The notes under the pieces were generated by a model. It had not been told where the DNA came from. It made no database searches and worked only from the letters and a program-made list of their open reading frames with translations. A stretch of 56,964 bases of DNA, the filler included, from Sphacelaria rigidula (taxonomy: Eukaryota), in assembly GCA_964200075.2 (NCBI GenBank). It is 7 parts of 7 records of this genome, joined end to end, with 100 filler letters (N's around TTAATTAATTAA, not from the genome) between each part and the next. Parts side by side here need not be neighbours in the genome. Positions count along the whole stretch, not along the records: positions 1 to 8,053 come from CAXNAA020012485.1; positions 8,154 to 16,206 come from CAXNAA020012486.1; 5 more parts are not named here. One strand, written 5' to 3'. Each line of letters opens with the position of its first letter. Positions within the stretch are counted from its first letter, which is position 1. Position numbers and translations under genes: made by a program. Positions 1-10,679 of the stretch are shown here, in pieces.

Positions 1-8
1 AAGAAAGT

Positions 9-94
9 GCGTCCGACGGGAATCGAACCAGCGACAAAATTTTGTGACGGGTCTAGTTGGTTGTCTCTTAAGCCGTCACAGGCCATAGTCGCGC
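9..94 (-). pseudogene. tRNA-like sequence (tRNA pseudogene or SINE head)
   Basis: The minus strand reads GCGCGACTATGGCCTGTGACGGCTTAAG...GCTGGTTCGATTCCCGTCGGACGCA followed by TTTCTT. It has a clear B box (GGTTCGATTCCC) and an A-box-like motif, but poor acceptor, T and anticodon stems. Confidence 0.5.
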
Positions 95-2019
95 TTCTTT
101 CAATAGAGTCTGGGTTACCCCTATCTATGACAATGTGTGATAAGTTTGGCTTGTGATGCGAGCTTCGCACGCTGATTTAAAGAAGCACATTCTGGCCCGG
201 TACGTCTTCATTTTGCTCAGGCCGTGTCTTATCATTTTTGTTTCGACTCGGAAACATGCGGTCGAATCGAATTGGTCGCTACGAGGCCGTATCAGATACG
301 TCCACGGCATATATGTTCTGAGATCCCTTCAAGTCCATTTTCTAATTAGCTGCGCGCGACGATGGAGTCCACCACAGTCTTTACGCCCGAGTCGCTCACA
401 GCACGAACCATCCAGGAGAATTGGCGGCATGCCGTCGGGGGCACCCGTCGCCCTGATTGTTGCCACTCGGGGGTCCGACTTGTGAGGCCGACGCTCGAGC
501 AGCAGAAGTGTCACGGGAAGGTATTGTCTAGCAGCAGCAGACAAATCTGCCGCACTTAAAGTATGCGGGGATGAAGTGGCTCGGTCTGTCGAAGGCCCAT
601 GAATTCAAAGTGGGGTGTCGGAAGCTGTTTGATTCTGGGTCTCCGCGCGGACGGTCAAAATTTGAAAGGGGTTGGAAATTGCTCTCTGGGTATCAACGTA
701 TCCAAATAACGAACACAATTTGATTTTATATTGTTCGTTATGTACTACAGGCGTGATTCGAGAACTACGAATAAATATGAGAGGCACTAGAATATCCAGA
801 ATAGATTTTCGGGCAACTTACAATAAAAACAAATACATGTAGAACAGGAACTGCGCAAACCATTAAAAATAATTGCCAGATACATGAAACGGAATCATCC
901 CCTTTTCTGCTGTCTGGCCGGACAGTCGAAATTAAAACGATGTGTTCCCGCGACACTTTTAATTTAGGACTTCGGAGTGGTGTCTGGCTCCCCTTACCTT
1001 ACAGGCAACACCCGCCATGGTTCTTGCTTCCAGTCCGACATTGGCTCCCTCCGCTGCACCCACGCCAGCCGCCGTCGATGATCAGACGACTAAGGCAAGC
1101 AACAAATTAGTACGCCCACCCCCGCGCCGCCGTCGACGAAAGACGAGCCCGCGGGTGATGTACTGCGCGAGAGCAACGGTGCGGGTGCCAAGCGACGAAA
1201 CTGGCCTCAACCCCTTTCGGGGAAGAAGCTGCAATGCATACAACAATTCGCCGACGAAACATCGTACTTGGGTCGTGCATTGATAGCTGAGCAAGCCCTC
1301 ATCAGCAAGTGCGTGACACGCAAAGATCGCAAGACCTTTGTTGCGGGCCGCGTGCCCGTCGTGAACCTGCAACAAGGTAAAGGCTCCATGCTCGCGGGCG
1401 GCACGCCAGTCTGCACTGATTCCTTCAAGGCATCGTTTGGCGTTTCAAACAGTGTGGTCGACGTGGCAAAGGGAATGCTGGGTGCGGCGGCAAGTGTTAC
1501 AACGTGGTAAGTGAGAACGATCTATCATCGCTGTCTGTGTCCGCGGTCGATTGTTTGGGATTTAGACGAGGCAACTCTTGACCGCGTGCCACGACGCTGG
1601 GCCGCAGCTTGTTATTACGTTGTTTACGAGGTCGAAATTCTGGTTTGTGGAGGTCAGATTTGTGTAAAGCTGTTCCGAAGCGGGGAAACCCTCTATCTGA
1701 GATCCCGGCTTCAGGGTCATATTCGGGGCGATGAATCAAATTTCCCGATTCGAGTTCTCACGATCTTTGACGCGTTCGAGATATTCAGCTGCCATAAAAA
1801 TGTGGCCTCATTGCTCCGGACACCAGAATCCGATTGTTTCGTTTCGCTCCGTTCGGTCTTTTAAAAGTAGATGCAATTGGGTAAGAGTAGGCAGAAGGGA
1901 TTTTCCGTTACGCACCACACCAGCCCCATGTAGGCGTTTGCCCTTTCCCCGTTGTTTTCGGGAATTATGCGTTGTCATTTTTTGTTTTACTCTCGATTCT
2001 ACAAATGATGCGCTAGTTA

Positions 2020-2492
2020 GACCGACTCTAATGGGAGCCGTTCAAAACTCCTGCTTAAAACTGTCCTTTTCGGCGCTTTTCCGTCGTTTTACGCCTGAAA
2101 AGTGGGCCAGGCGGACATTCATACCTTGGAATGACCTCCTCTACTCATTGAGACCATTCCAGGACAACTTTGTATTTCCCGCTGGCCACACTTTAATCTC
2201 TGGCCGAACATCGATTTTCAGTGAAAAACGGTCAAGCGATCAAAATACCGGGGGAAATTTTGATCACCTGACCGTTTTTTACCGAAAATTCGTGTTTGGC
2301 CTAATTTTGTCAAAAACATAAGTGCGGCCAGCGGGAAACGCGGAGTTGCGCTAGAACGATCTGAACGAGTAGAGCAAGTCAATCCAAGGCGTCAACATCC
2401 GCTTAGCCCTCTTTTTGGGCGTGAATCGACGGAGAAGGACTCAAAAAGCAGTTTTCGAGAGGAATTTCGCACGGCTCCCATTAGAGGTGGCC
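2020..2492. mobile_element. Foldback MITE with TTA target duplication (Tourist/PIF-Harbinger-like)
   Basis: Imperfect inverted arms of ~225 bp (CTCTAATGGGAGCCGT/ACGGCTCCCATTAGAG; TTTCCCGCTGGCC/GGCCAGCGGGAAA). TTA flanks at 2017-2019 and 2493-2495; right end is GGCC. Confidence 0.7.
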
Positions 2493-2689
2493 TTATTGCA
2501 TGTTGTTTTGGCGACTTATGCGCGCATTATACGCCTTTTTCCCGTCCTCGCTGTGGCTGTTTCCCCCTATTACGCACGTTCTGGCAGGAGGACAAGACAA
2601 CACGTTGGGCCCTTGAAGCTTCGATGTTCGTATGCGGGTTTGCAAAAAGGACTCGCGCGTGTATTCATGTATTATATTGCTGAGTTATA

Positions 2690-3052
2690 ATGAGAATCCG
2701 GAGAATTAAAACCTTCGTATCCACACCAAATCTTCGAATTATAAATCTACTCCTTCAACTACTCGTAGCTATCGACAACTACTACAAGAAATACATATTT
2801 GGATCGTGATCACCGACATGTTGGGGTCCTAGGTGCAAAGCCAGTTTGGGGGAATTTAGACGGCCCCATCAGATCGCCGAAATTGCCCCGAATTGGTGTT
2901 GAACCTATAATAGGCCCCTAACCTTTCGGTTATCGAAATCCAAATTTGTATGGCGTGTAGTAGCTGTCAATAGCTACCAGCCAGTGAAGAAATGGAACCA
3001 TATTTCGAAGATTTGGTGTCGATTCGAAGATTCAATTCTCCGGGTTTTCCAT
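2690..3052. mobile_element. Foldback element, family A copy 1
   Basis: Long inverted arms (CCGGAGAATT...CACCAAATCTTCGAA vs TTCGAAGATTTGGTG...AATTCTCCGG). Homologous to 41223-41936. Confidence 0.7.
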
Positions 3053-3426
3053 CCCCAACACAAAATCCATCCCGAATTTCTAAAATCCCTGTTCACACTC
3101 CATCCTACATCACCCACAGCCGCCCGGAACAATTTGGAATTCTGAAAACAACTTCCAGCTTCAAGGCATCACACAGCATAGGGCACATCGTATTGATGTG
3201 CTATCATTCGCACAGCCATGTACTATGTACTAGCGTATGTAGTGGTCAGACCCGCCATTAATCGGATAAATAGGAACAACACATTGTAATTGGTATGTGG
3301 CGGGTGGCAGGTGGCAGGTGGCAGTCATCATTCAGCACTCAAGAATCGGCGGTTTTGAAACGCATAGACCAAAAAGTGCGCGTTTCGAAAAAAGCGCATC
3401 ATTTGGCCGAATGTGATAGCACATCA

Positions 3427-3810
3427 TTGTTTTGGCCCGGATTTTCTTCATAGTTTGGGAACGTTTGATCCAGAGGAGCCTAGCCCACATTTGAGATCGC
3501 CTTGGCTCCGACATTTCGAGAGTGACCGCTGAACAAAAAAAACTCGTGTGGGGAAAAATATCTGCGGCGATCTAGACGGATTTTCACACGTTTTGGCGGG
3601 CAGATCACCGCAGATTTTTTCCCACCCGAATTTTCTTCAGCAGTCACTCTCGAAACCTTGGGGCCAAGGGAATCCGAAACGTTGGCTAGGGTCCTATACT
3701 CTCCGCAGGGTGATGCAAAGTGTCCAAGACGTGTGTTGGCGAGTTCCCCTTTATCGGGGCCAAAACCTGGATCAAACTTTCCCAAATTGAACAAACCCGA
3801 GCCAAAATAA
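3427..3810. mobile_element. Foldback element, family B
   Basis: Inverted arms TTTCGAGAGTGAC/GTCACTCTCGAAA and GTTTGATCCAG/CTGGATCAAAC around a centre at ~3587, with a ~70-bp insertion in the right arm. Confidence 0.65.
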
Positions 3811-4484
3811 TCGTTTGACATAAAATCCGGTCTTATGCGCAAAAAACAGGTATTATGCGAATCGTTGTGCGCGCGTAAATAGCAGAAGCCTAGCCCCATG
3901 GCCCATCATCACGCTTCGCGTACACACGGTTGGACAGCTTCAGTGAGATGTACGGAGAGGCCATGCCCCACAAGCCTGCTGTGGTCACCTACGCCGCGAC
4001 GATGGAGGTGCTACTGGTGATCAACGTCGCCATATTTACGTATCGCGTGCATACACTATGCCTGCAGCGTCAGGAGGTTGTGCAGCAGTACTCCGCCATT
4101 TGGAAAGTTGCGGACGGCTTCTGAATCGAAGATGGACCTTGGGAAGCCTCATCGGCATCGATATATTTGCGAAATGAAAATACATGTGCACTCTCCGACT
4201 ATGACGTTCGGCCTCGCTCATCCTCAACAACACTCCATCTTTAATTTGTTAAATCCGATATTTTTCGGAACTACTTTTTCCTCCGGTCACGCCGGTACAA
4301 GAAACCGTTCCTATTTTTCAGAACCCCTGGGAAGCACGGGATTCCACAAATTATGGGTGATTTGTTTTTTCTAGGACGAGCGACGCCACCTCATCGCAGC
4401 CGGAGAGTGCATTTGCATTTTTTTTCGGAAATATTTGGATGCTTATAAAGGTTCCAAAGGTTCATCCTAAAAAATTACATACAT

Positions 4485-4741
4485 GAGTGATGCTACGGTA
4501 GGGGTACACAAATATTTTCTGAGGTTTGAATTGTTAGGAGCCCTTTATCTCATTCAAAACACGACCTATGAAAATAAGCGAACGTACGCCAGGACTACTA
4601 TTCCAATGTGCCGCGGGTATCCCGAATCAATCTGCAAACGGGGATGCCGTGATCGATATTCTTGTGCGTCTAGAATCGTTGGGAGCCTCTGAACCAGACA
4701 ATATTTCGCGAAAAAAGTGCACCCCCACCGTAGGATTGCTC
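4485..4741. mobile_element. MITE with GAG...CTC termini and 4-bp TSD (Sola-type)
   Basis: TIRs GAGTGATGCTACGGTAGGGGTACAC / GTGCACCCCCACCGTAGGATTGCTC. ACAT is duplicated at 4481-4484 and 4742-4745. A second copy of one end lies at 40602-40662. Confidence 0.75.
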
Positions 4742-5389
4742 ACATCCTCATTTTGAAGAGAAGCGTGTGAATTACTGTCGTAACGAGGCGGGTGCCAAAC
4801 CGAGAGCTACCAGTTACGATCCTCAGACCGTTACTTGAGATATTCTTGTTCACAGAGAAAAAGGAGGATTTCGATTATCTCCCATCACCGGCTTCAAGCC
4901 CCCGCCCCCCAACGCCTCTTACCGGTAACCACTCAGGTGTACAACGCCGCCTCGGAGAACAAGAACAACTCCTTTTTCGCGTACGCGGGGATGGTAGTGT
5001 CGAAGGACACCGTGGACGTGATCGAGGTGAACTTCATGATGGTGGGACACACCCACATCAAAATCGACCAAGTGTGTCCTAGGTAAGCGGCAGTGATCGT
5101 TTTGAAACCCATTGACGATTTTTGTTTATGTGACTCGGCATCATTTTGATTTGAAAATGACTGAAAATTATGCCGATTCACGAAACAAAAATATTTAATG
5201 GGCTCTAAAAGGGTTGAGAAGCCAGCGTGGTATGCGTCGAGGAGCGCTCGTACACTGAAGAGTGACGTGTATGAGTTGTCGCGGCCTGAATATTGTCATC
5301 AGGTTGTCATGAAATGCGCTGCTGTAAATAGGTGTTGTCGTGGGCTGCGTGATCGAGGTCCCGCACTAAACATCGTACATGCACGAGCG

Positions 5390-5625
5390 TTCATGGAAGC
5401 TCGTGGAAGTCGACGATAACGTCGATGGAAGGTGGTCGAGCTTTCTTCCATGTAAGCTTATAAGTTCTATGACGGCCGACTTCCATGGAAGCCATCTCGA
5501 AGCAACTTCCATCGAAGTTTCGGGCTTCAATGGAAGGTCCGTGCGAATATTTTGACGAACGAACCTCCATGGAATCATATGTGCCTCCACGGAAGTACGT
5601 GGAAGAAGTTGAATGGAAGTTTTCC
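5390..5625. repeat. TTCCATGGAA-motif repeat cluster
   Basis: Many dispersed variants of the palindrome CTTCCATGGAAG. Confidence 0.55.
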
Positions 5626-5689
5626 AAGGGCAGTCAGGTAGAGTATGTACTTTTCAGTACTAGAGTAAAACACCCGAGTATACACGCTA

Positions 5690-6140
5690 CATAAATCTTG
5701 AGTAGGTCGAGTACAACCTCAAATACTCTACCCGAATTTTGGGTGAACTGAGTGTGCGCGTCGTATCGTCCCTTTTATTCTGGACGCCGGTCGACACCTT
5801 TCGGTACATATGGGCGCACCAGCTGGGGTTACACATTAAGTACGGCGTCAAATACTCTACTCAATTTTTGAGTAGATCGAGTACGACCTCCAATAATCTT
5901 CTCAAATACTGAGTAAGCACTCTCAGGAATACTTGAGTATAGAGTATCACTTGGGTGTTATGTTAACCTCGATACTCTACTCAAATATTGAGGAGGTCGA
6001 GTACGGCCTCAAATTCTCTTCAAATTTTAGGTAGACCGGGTACGACCTCAAATCCTCCACTGAAAATGTGAGTAGATCAAGTACGACCTTCAAAAATATA
6101 CTCAAATATTGAGTAAGCGCTGTTAGTAATACTTGAGTAC
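5690..6140. repeat. ~40-bp degenerate minisatellite with internal palindrome, interrupted by a SINE tail fragment
   Basis: Unit is approximately AATACTCTACTCAAATATTGAGTAGATCGAGTACGACCTC. The insert at 5761-5835 ends AGCTGGGGTTACACA, the reverse complement of the SINE family 1 tail. Confidence 0.7.
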
Positions 6141-8053
6141 AGAGCATCACCTGGGTATGATGGGTAACCCTGACCGTCGGCAGATGAGTGACGTCGCTTC
6201 ACAGACTATGTTGAATGCATGGGCGAACGATGGCCATCAATGACAGGAGTGGCGTTACGTCACGGGCTACGATGAATGGCCGAATGATGGTCATGAAAAA
6301 ACAAAAGAAGCGTGCAGATGAATGAACCTACCCGCCCCAGCTCACCTGTCCCCACCCATGGCAGTATATATTTGATACCTGGGAAGTGGGACGGTGGTGG
6401 TACGACATGAGGGTAAGGGGGGAGACACCAGCCGAGCTGTGAAGAGATGCGATCCAATATCGTGAAACGTTTTTTTGGGAAACAAAACACGAGTCTCATT
6501 CAGCGTCTGGGTCAAATCAGGAGTGTAGATGCACCTGTACCGGTCATTTGGATTCCGTCTCATTTGTTTGTGCTCGACAGATTGTGAATTCTGATTTCTG
6601 TTGTGTGGAGCTGTCATCATGTGCCTCATGACCCCGTCGCTATCAGCTGTTTCCCCTTTTCCCTACTTGCAGGCGGGTGAAACGCGTCACACAGCCAGTG
6701 ACATGTCCGAAGGTCCGGGTGTGGGCTGTACACGAGACTTTGATCACCAGTACTTCGATATGATGTTTACGCTCTCCAGTTCGAGTTCTAAAAGTATGAC
6801 TGACAGCAGCGAACCCCCTGTCTCTATATCCTCTGATGCAGACAGCGATAGCACGGACGATGATGAACCGGGTGGCGGTAGACGGGGCCGGCGTACAACA
6901 AGTGGTACGACTGGGCGACGTCCAACACGAGACGAAAACTCTGTTGTCGAGGAATGTTGTTTTGCCTTATTCATCACCATGGAGGCACCTTTCATCATCG
7001 GAAAGGTTTCGGCGAACGTGTGTGCGACGACGGAGAGAGTGGGGCGGATCTGCATTAGCTACGACCGTGCCGCGACGCAATTCTTAGCCGTGCCGCATCC
7101 ATGAGCCTCGACAAGTACCGGAAGGTAGGGTTCGCGGGAAGCTACGTGTTCCGTAAGACTACTTGTGGAAGCGGGGGGCGCTCTAAGCGGAAGAGGGGAA
7201 AGGGACCCAGCTGGAAGCCTACATCTAGAATTATTGCGACGTTCACCGCACTCATCGCTAAGGGGGAGAAACTCTCATCTAAGTGTTGGCGACGCGAAGG
7301 GCCACGAGTGAAGCCAGGGGGGGAGGGGGAGGGGGCGTAGAAGTCGAGGCGGGGAGTGAAGTGGGGTAGGAAACGGGACCTTGTGGCGTCGGTCGGGCGA
7401 CATCGATTGAGTGATGAGGGACATATTTTGGCGGAATGTCAAGCAATAATAACACCTGCAGAGGACGTGGTAGATGCCCGCGGTTCTGAACGACAATCTG
7501 TGTGATTGAAGGTTGATGAATACGGGCTACAATATAGTCACCCTACGTCCAATAGAGATCTACGTCCTTCTCGTGGTTCCGTGGTGCCACCAGCCACTTG
7601 TTATTACACTACTCATAATAGAAGAGGGCTTCCCAGCAACGGCCCGCCTGGGACACCTACCTTCTTATGTGGTGGTCGCCGCGTACTGGTCGCGGTGGCT
7701 ATGACGGTATGCATCCCTACAAAGCCGGGACGGAGCACGCCGGGTTCTCGCCGGACCAGGCTCGTGGGGACATCAAGCTACTGTGTGTGTGGGCTGTGGT
7801 CATCATATGAGAAAGGGGGGGCATGCCCGCCCGCAAGAAAGAATGGCGCGGTAACGATGAGTACAGTAAGAAGTAACTATAGTGACAGCACGGAGTGCGG
7901 ACGGATGGATAAATGGTTGATGGTTACGGACTTCGAAACAACAGTACCACGCTGACTATCAACAATAATGCCAGTTACTGCGAGAGTAAGCAAGAAATTT
8001 AAAAAAGTGGACCAACACCCCACCCCCCCCCCCCCCCCACCCCACCCCCCCCC

Positions 8054-8153
8054 NNNNNNNNNNNNNNNNNNNNNNNNNNNNNNNNNNNNNNNNNNNNTTA
8101 ATTAATTAANNNNNNNNNNNNNNNNNNNNNNNNNNNNNNNNNNNNNNNNNNNN
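8054..8153. other. Artificial 100-nt contig linker (also 16207-16306, 24359-24458, 32511-32610, 40663-40762, 48814-48913)
   Basis: N44-TTAATTAATTAA-N44 (stop codons in all six frames) occurs six times. The intervening segments decrease from 8053 to 8051 bp. Confidence 0.95.
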
Positions 8154-8545
8154 CCAAACCTCCTACAATGTCCCCTAGCTCGACTCTGTACACGAGTCAC
8201 CCTACCCATCCGGGCGTCGGTCCTCATACAACACGTGTTCCGCCTTTTGAAAACCGTTGAAAATGTGTACATATCCAGTACTACTCGGTATCCGCGGGTG
8301 AATCCGTTCAACCATGGTCACATAATAAGCTAAGCTGTCTACATCCACGACTACCCCATTCTTCAGCCATTATTCAGCGGTTGGCTACTCGTTTCAGATG
8401 TGAATACTAGTTGTAGGACGTATTTCCGCCATTGAGGGTACGATGTTGTGTCCGGGGTTGGGGAGTGACGCGGGTAGGTAGGCACCCTCTCGAGTTAACA
8501 GAAAACACACGATGCAACTTGCACACTCGTGTGATGTGGTGTATT

Positions 8546-8594
8546 GTGCGGTGCGGTGCGGTGCGGTGCGGTGCGGTGCGGTGCGGTGCGGTGC
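8546..8594. repeat. (GTGCG)n microsatellite
   Basis: Pentamer tandem repeat seen directly. Confidence 0.95.
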
Positions 8595-9316
8595 GCATGC
8601 GCCATTTGAACGGGGTCGTCAGTCCTACAGAACCCGAGGTAAGAACCAACGTTTTTTGCTTGGTCAGAAATTGTGAACGTTCGTGACCTCAAAACTGTGA
8701 TCCAATGGTGTTGTATTTTCAAAATTGACGCTATAGATAGCTTCCTTCCAAGTCGGTGTTACTCGTGGTAGGTCGATGTTACTCACAGTACAGTCTTCTC
8801 GACACGACTGTGGCTCAAAAATACTGAACCGGAACAAGGGTCACTCGAGTACATGAGAGAGTCCCTCGAGAACGAATGCTACATCAATGTTTCGATATTT
8901 CAAGAGTCGGAAATGGTCGCCCCAGTCTGTACGGAAACACGCATGGATACACGAAGCACGCATGACCCGCTGTGTCAAAATAATATCTCACGTTGCCATC
9001 TTTGAACCAGGCACAAGTCTCCCATTATCGTCTCTTGACCAGTCTCTAGACCAGACGGCATCTGTGGACATCTCACATGCCCCATCTCTTAACCGGTGGC
9101 AAAAGCGAGAAAATCACTTGAACTATAGTTGACACGGTTACGGAAGATAGACTTGAGAAAAAAACACATGTAATGCCTGCCGGTGATGTCAAAAGCCTCG
9201 GTTATTCACGGTTCTTGTGATTTGGTTTTCCGATAAATCTTCGAGCGCTACATTGTGAATCTTCAAGCTGACCCAAGTAATCCGTTGCCACTTCCACTTT
9301 CCCCCCCTCTGGACAG

Positions 9317-10022
9317 ATCTGCTCAATATTACGAGCATCGGTCGCTCGCGGAGCGTCTCTTGTTGAGCCAGACTCAGCTCTGGTGTTCCGAAACCCAGCC
9401 AAGCATGTTCCATGTAGCGAGAGTCAAGGTGCCCGATCCCTCGATGCCAAAAGTTCCGGACAAAGATCCAGCAGCGGAGGCACGGGGGCCGCGAGCACGG
9501 GTACTGACGAGTTGTTTACGGACCAGGAGCTGATGGAGGATTCTAGAGCCATAAATTTTTCAATTGGAAGATCTTGTTCCGGGCATGGGGGTGAGGCTGG
9601 CGGTGGTTCAGGGAAACGTCGAGGTGATGCGCGAACAAGAGGGTCTTCCTCGAGCGGCGTATTTCGGGATCACCCGTCAACGAACGTGAACGGGTCGAGA
9701 AGTCTCGCTATGGCCGTTACGTCGAAGCGGCGAGGCCACTACTACGATTGGTTCCTGAGCAAGCTGGAGGGGAAGGAGGCGGGGATCATCCGTGGAGATG
9801 TTGACGCGCGCGGCAAATCCTTGCTTCCTTCGGCTGGAGACCTGCGTGGTGCTGGGTTTGGTGCTGGGGGTGCCGAGTCGAGAGAGGCTGGGGTGGGAGG
9901 ACATGGAGAGGGTGAGGGAGTGGGCGTGGCTAGTTTCAGGGAGCTGCTGCATCTCGCTGTTGACATGATCGAAGAGCTCGACGTTCCGGATGATCACCTG
10001 TCGAGAGAAAGGCACACTCAAG
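9317..10022 (+). CDS. Internal exon of an uncharacterised host gene (Gly/Ser-rich)
   Basis: Polypyrimidine tract plus CAG at 9316, an open frame of ~235 codons (HYYDWFLSKLE, FRELLHLAVDMIEELDV), and a donor AG|GTGAC. Confidence 0.6.
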
Positions 10023-10679
10023 GTGACATTGTCATGTACACACATATTTTTTATCCTGTGCTAGTGCCTTACTCTAATTTGTACTTGGAGTACTCGACAC
10101 TATAATCCACTGCTATGCGTTACAGAGTACCACAATTATGAATCCACACTACGCACGTTGTGCCAATTTTGAAATGACCAGAGTTGCGTGAAGCCCATTA
10201 TGCTATACACATTGTGTTTCTCCGCAAGCCGCCGGCAGGTCGGACGGCGCAGGTACAAACTAATTGAACAGCCGATACAGTGATACTCGAGAGTGCACTT
10301 GTAGCGCTTCACGAGCCAGGCATCATGTTTCCGCGGTATGTTTTGTTTTTCACTAAATTTGTCCTACTTATGTTGGAAGGGCGGGTAGCTGTTTTGCGCT
10401 TGGGTAGAGTTAGAAACCACTTTTTTTTCCCCAATGCCCGTGTTTCATCAGTGCGCGATGTATGTGGAGATGATGCTTTTCTCTTGATGGTATGCTTCTC
10501 ATGCTGCCTCGGTACCGTGTCATGACTGGTAGTCGTTCGCGATCTCCGTACCGACCGTGAATACGTACCCCCTATTTGAATGATCGTGTTGATCAGATGA
10601 TCTTGCAGCAACAACAGCCCCTTGCTGCGTGCTCAAACAGCTTACTGCCCGCTTGCAGTAACTGGGAAGCAGAAGATGA

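Larger units (their letters stand above)
1005..7340 (+). pseudogene. Decayed intron-containing DNA transposase, Sola-like DDD family (exon remnants ~1005-1506, ~3930-4120, 4937-5082, ~6673-7300)
   Basis: Exon 4937-5082 (cag|...|gtaagc) encodes VYNAASENKNNSFFAYAGMVV...IEVNFMMVGHTHIKIDQV, matching the D-N-x3-E-N-K-N ... F-x2-V-G-H-T-H-x2-I-D pattern. The upstream piece encodes KKLQCIQQF...VCTDSFKASFGVS and ends at a gtaagt donor. Stops, frameshifts and nested insertions are present. That all pieces belong to one gene is an inference. Confidence 0.55.

Noticed and set aside
9..94. Functional tRNA gene
   Set aside because: The acceptor and T stems are mismatched and there is no canonical anticodon arm.
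8098..8109. Regularly spaced TTAATTAATTAA as a biological motif
   Set aside because: It is always centred in identical N runs, so it is an assembly linker.
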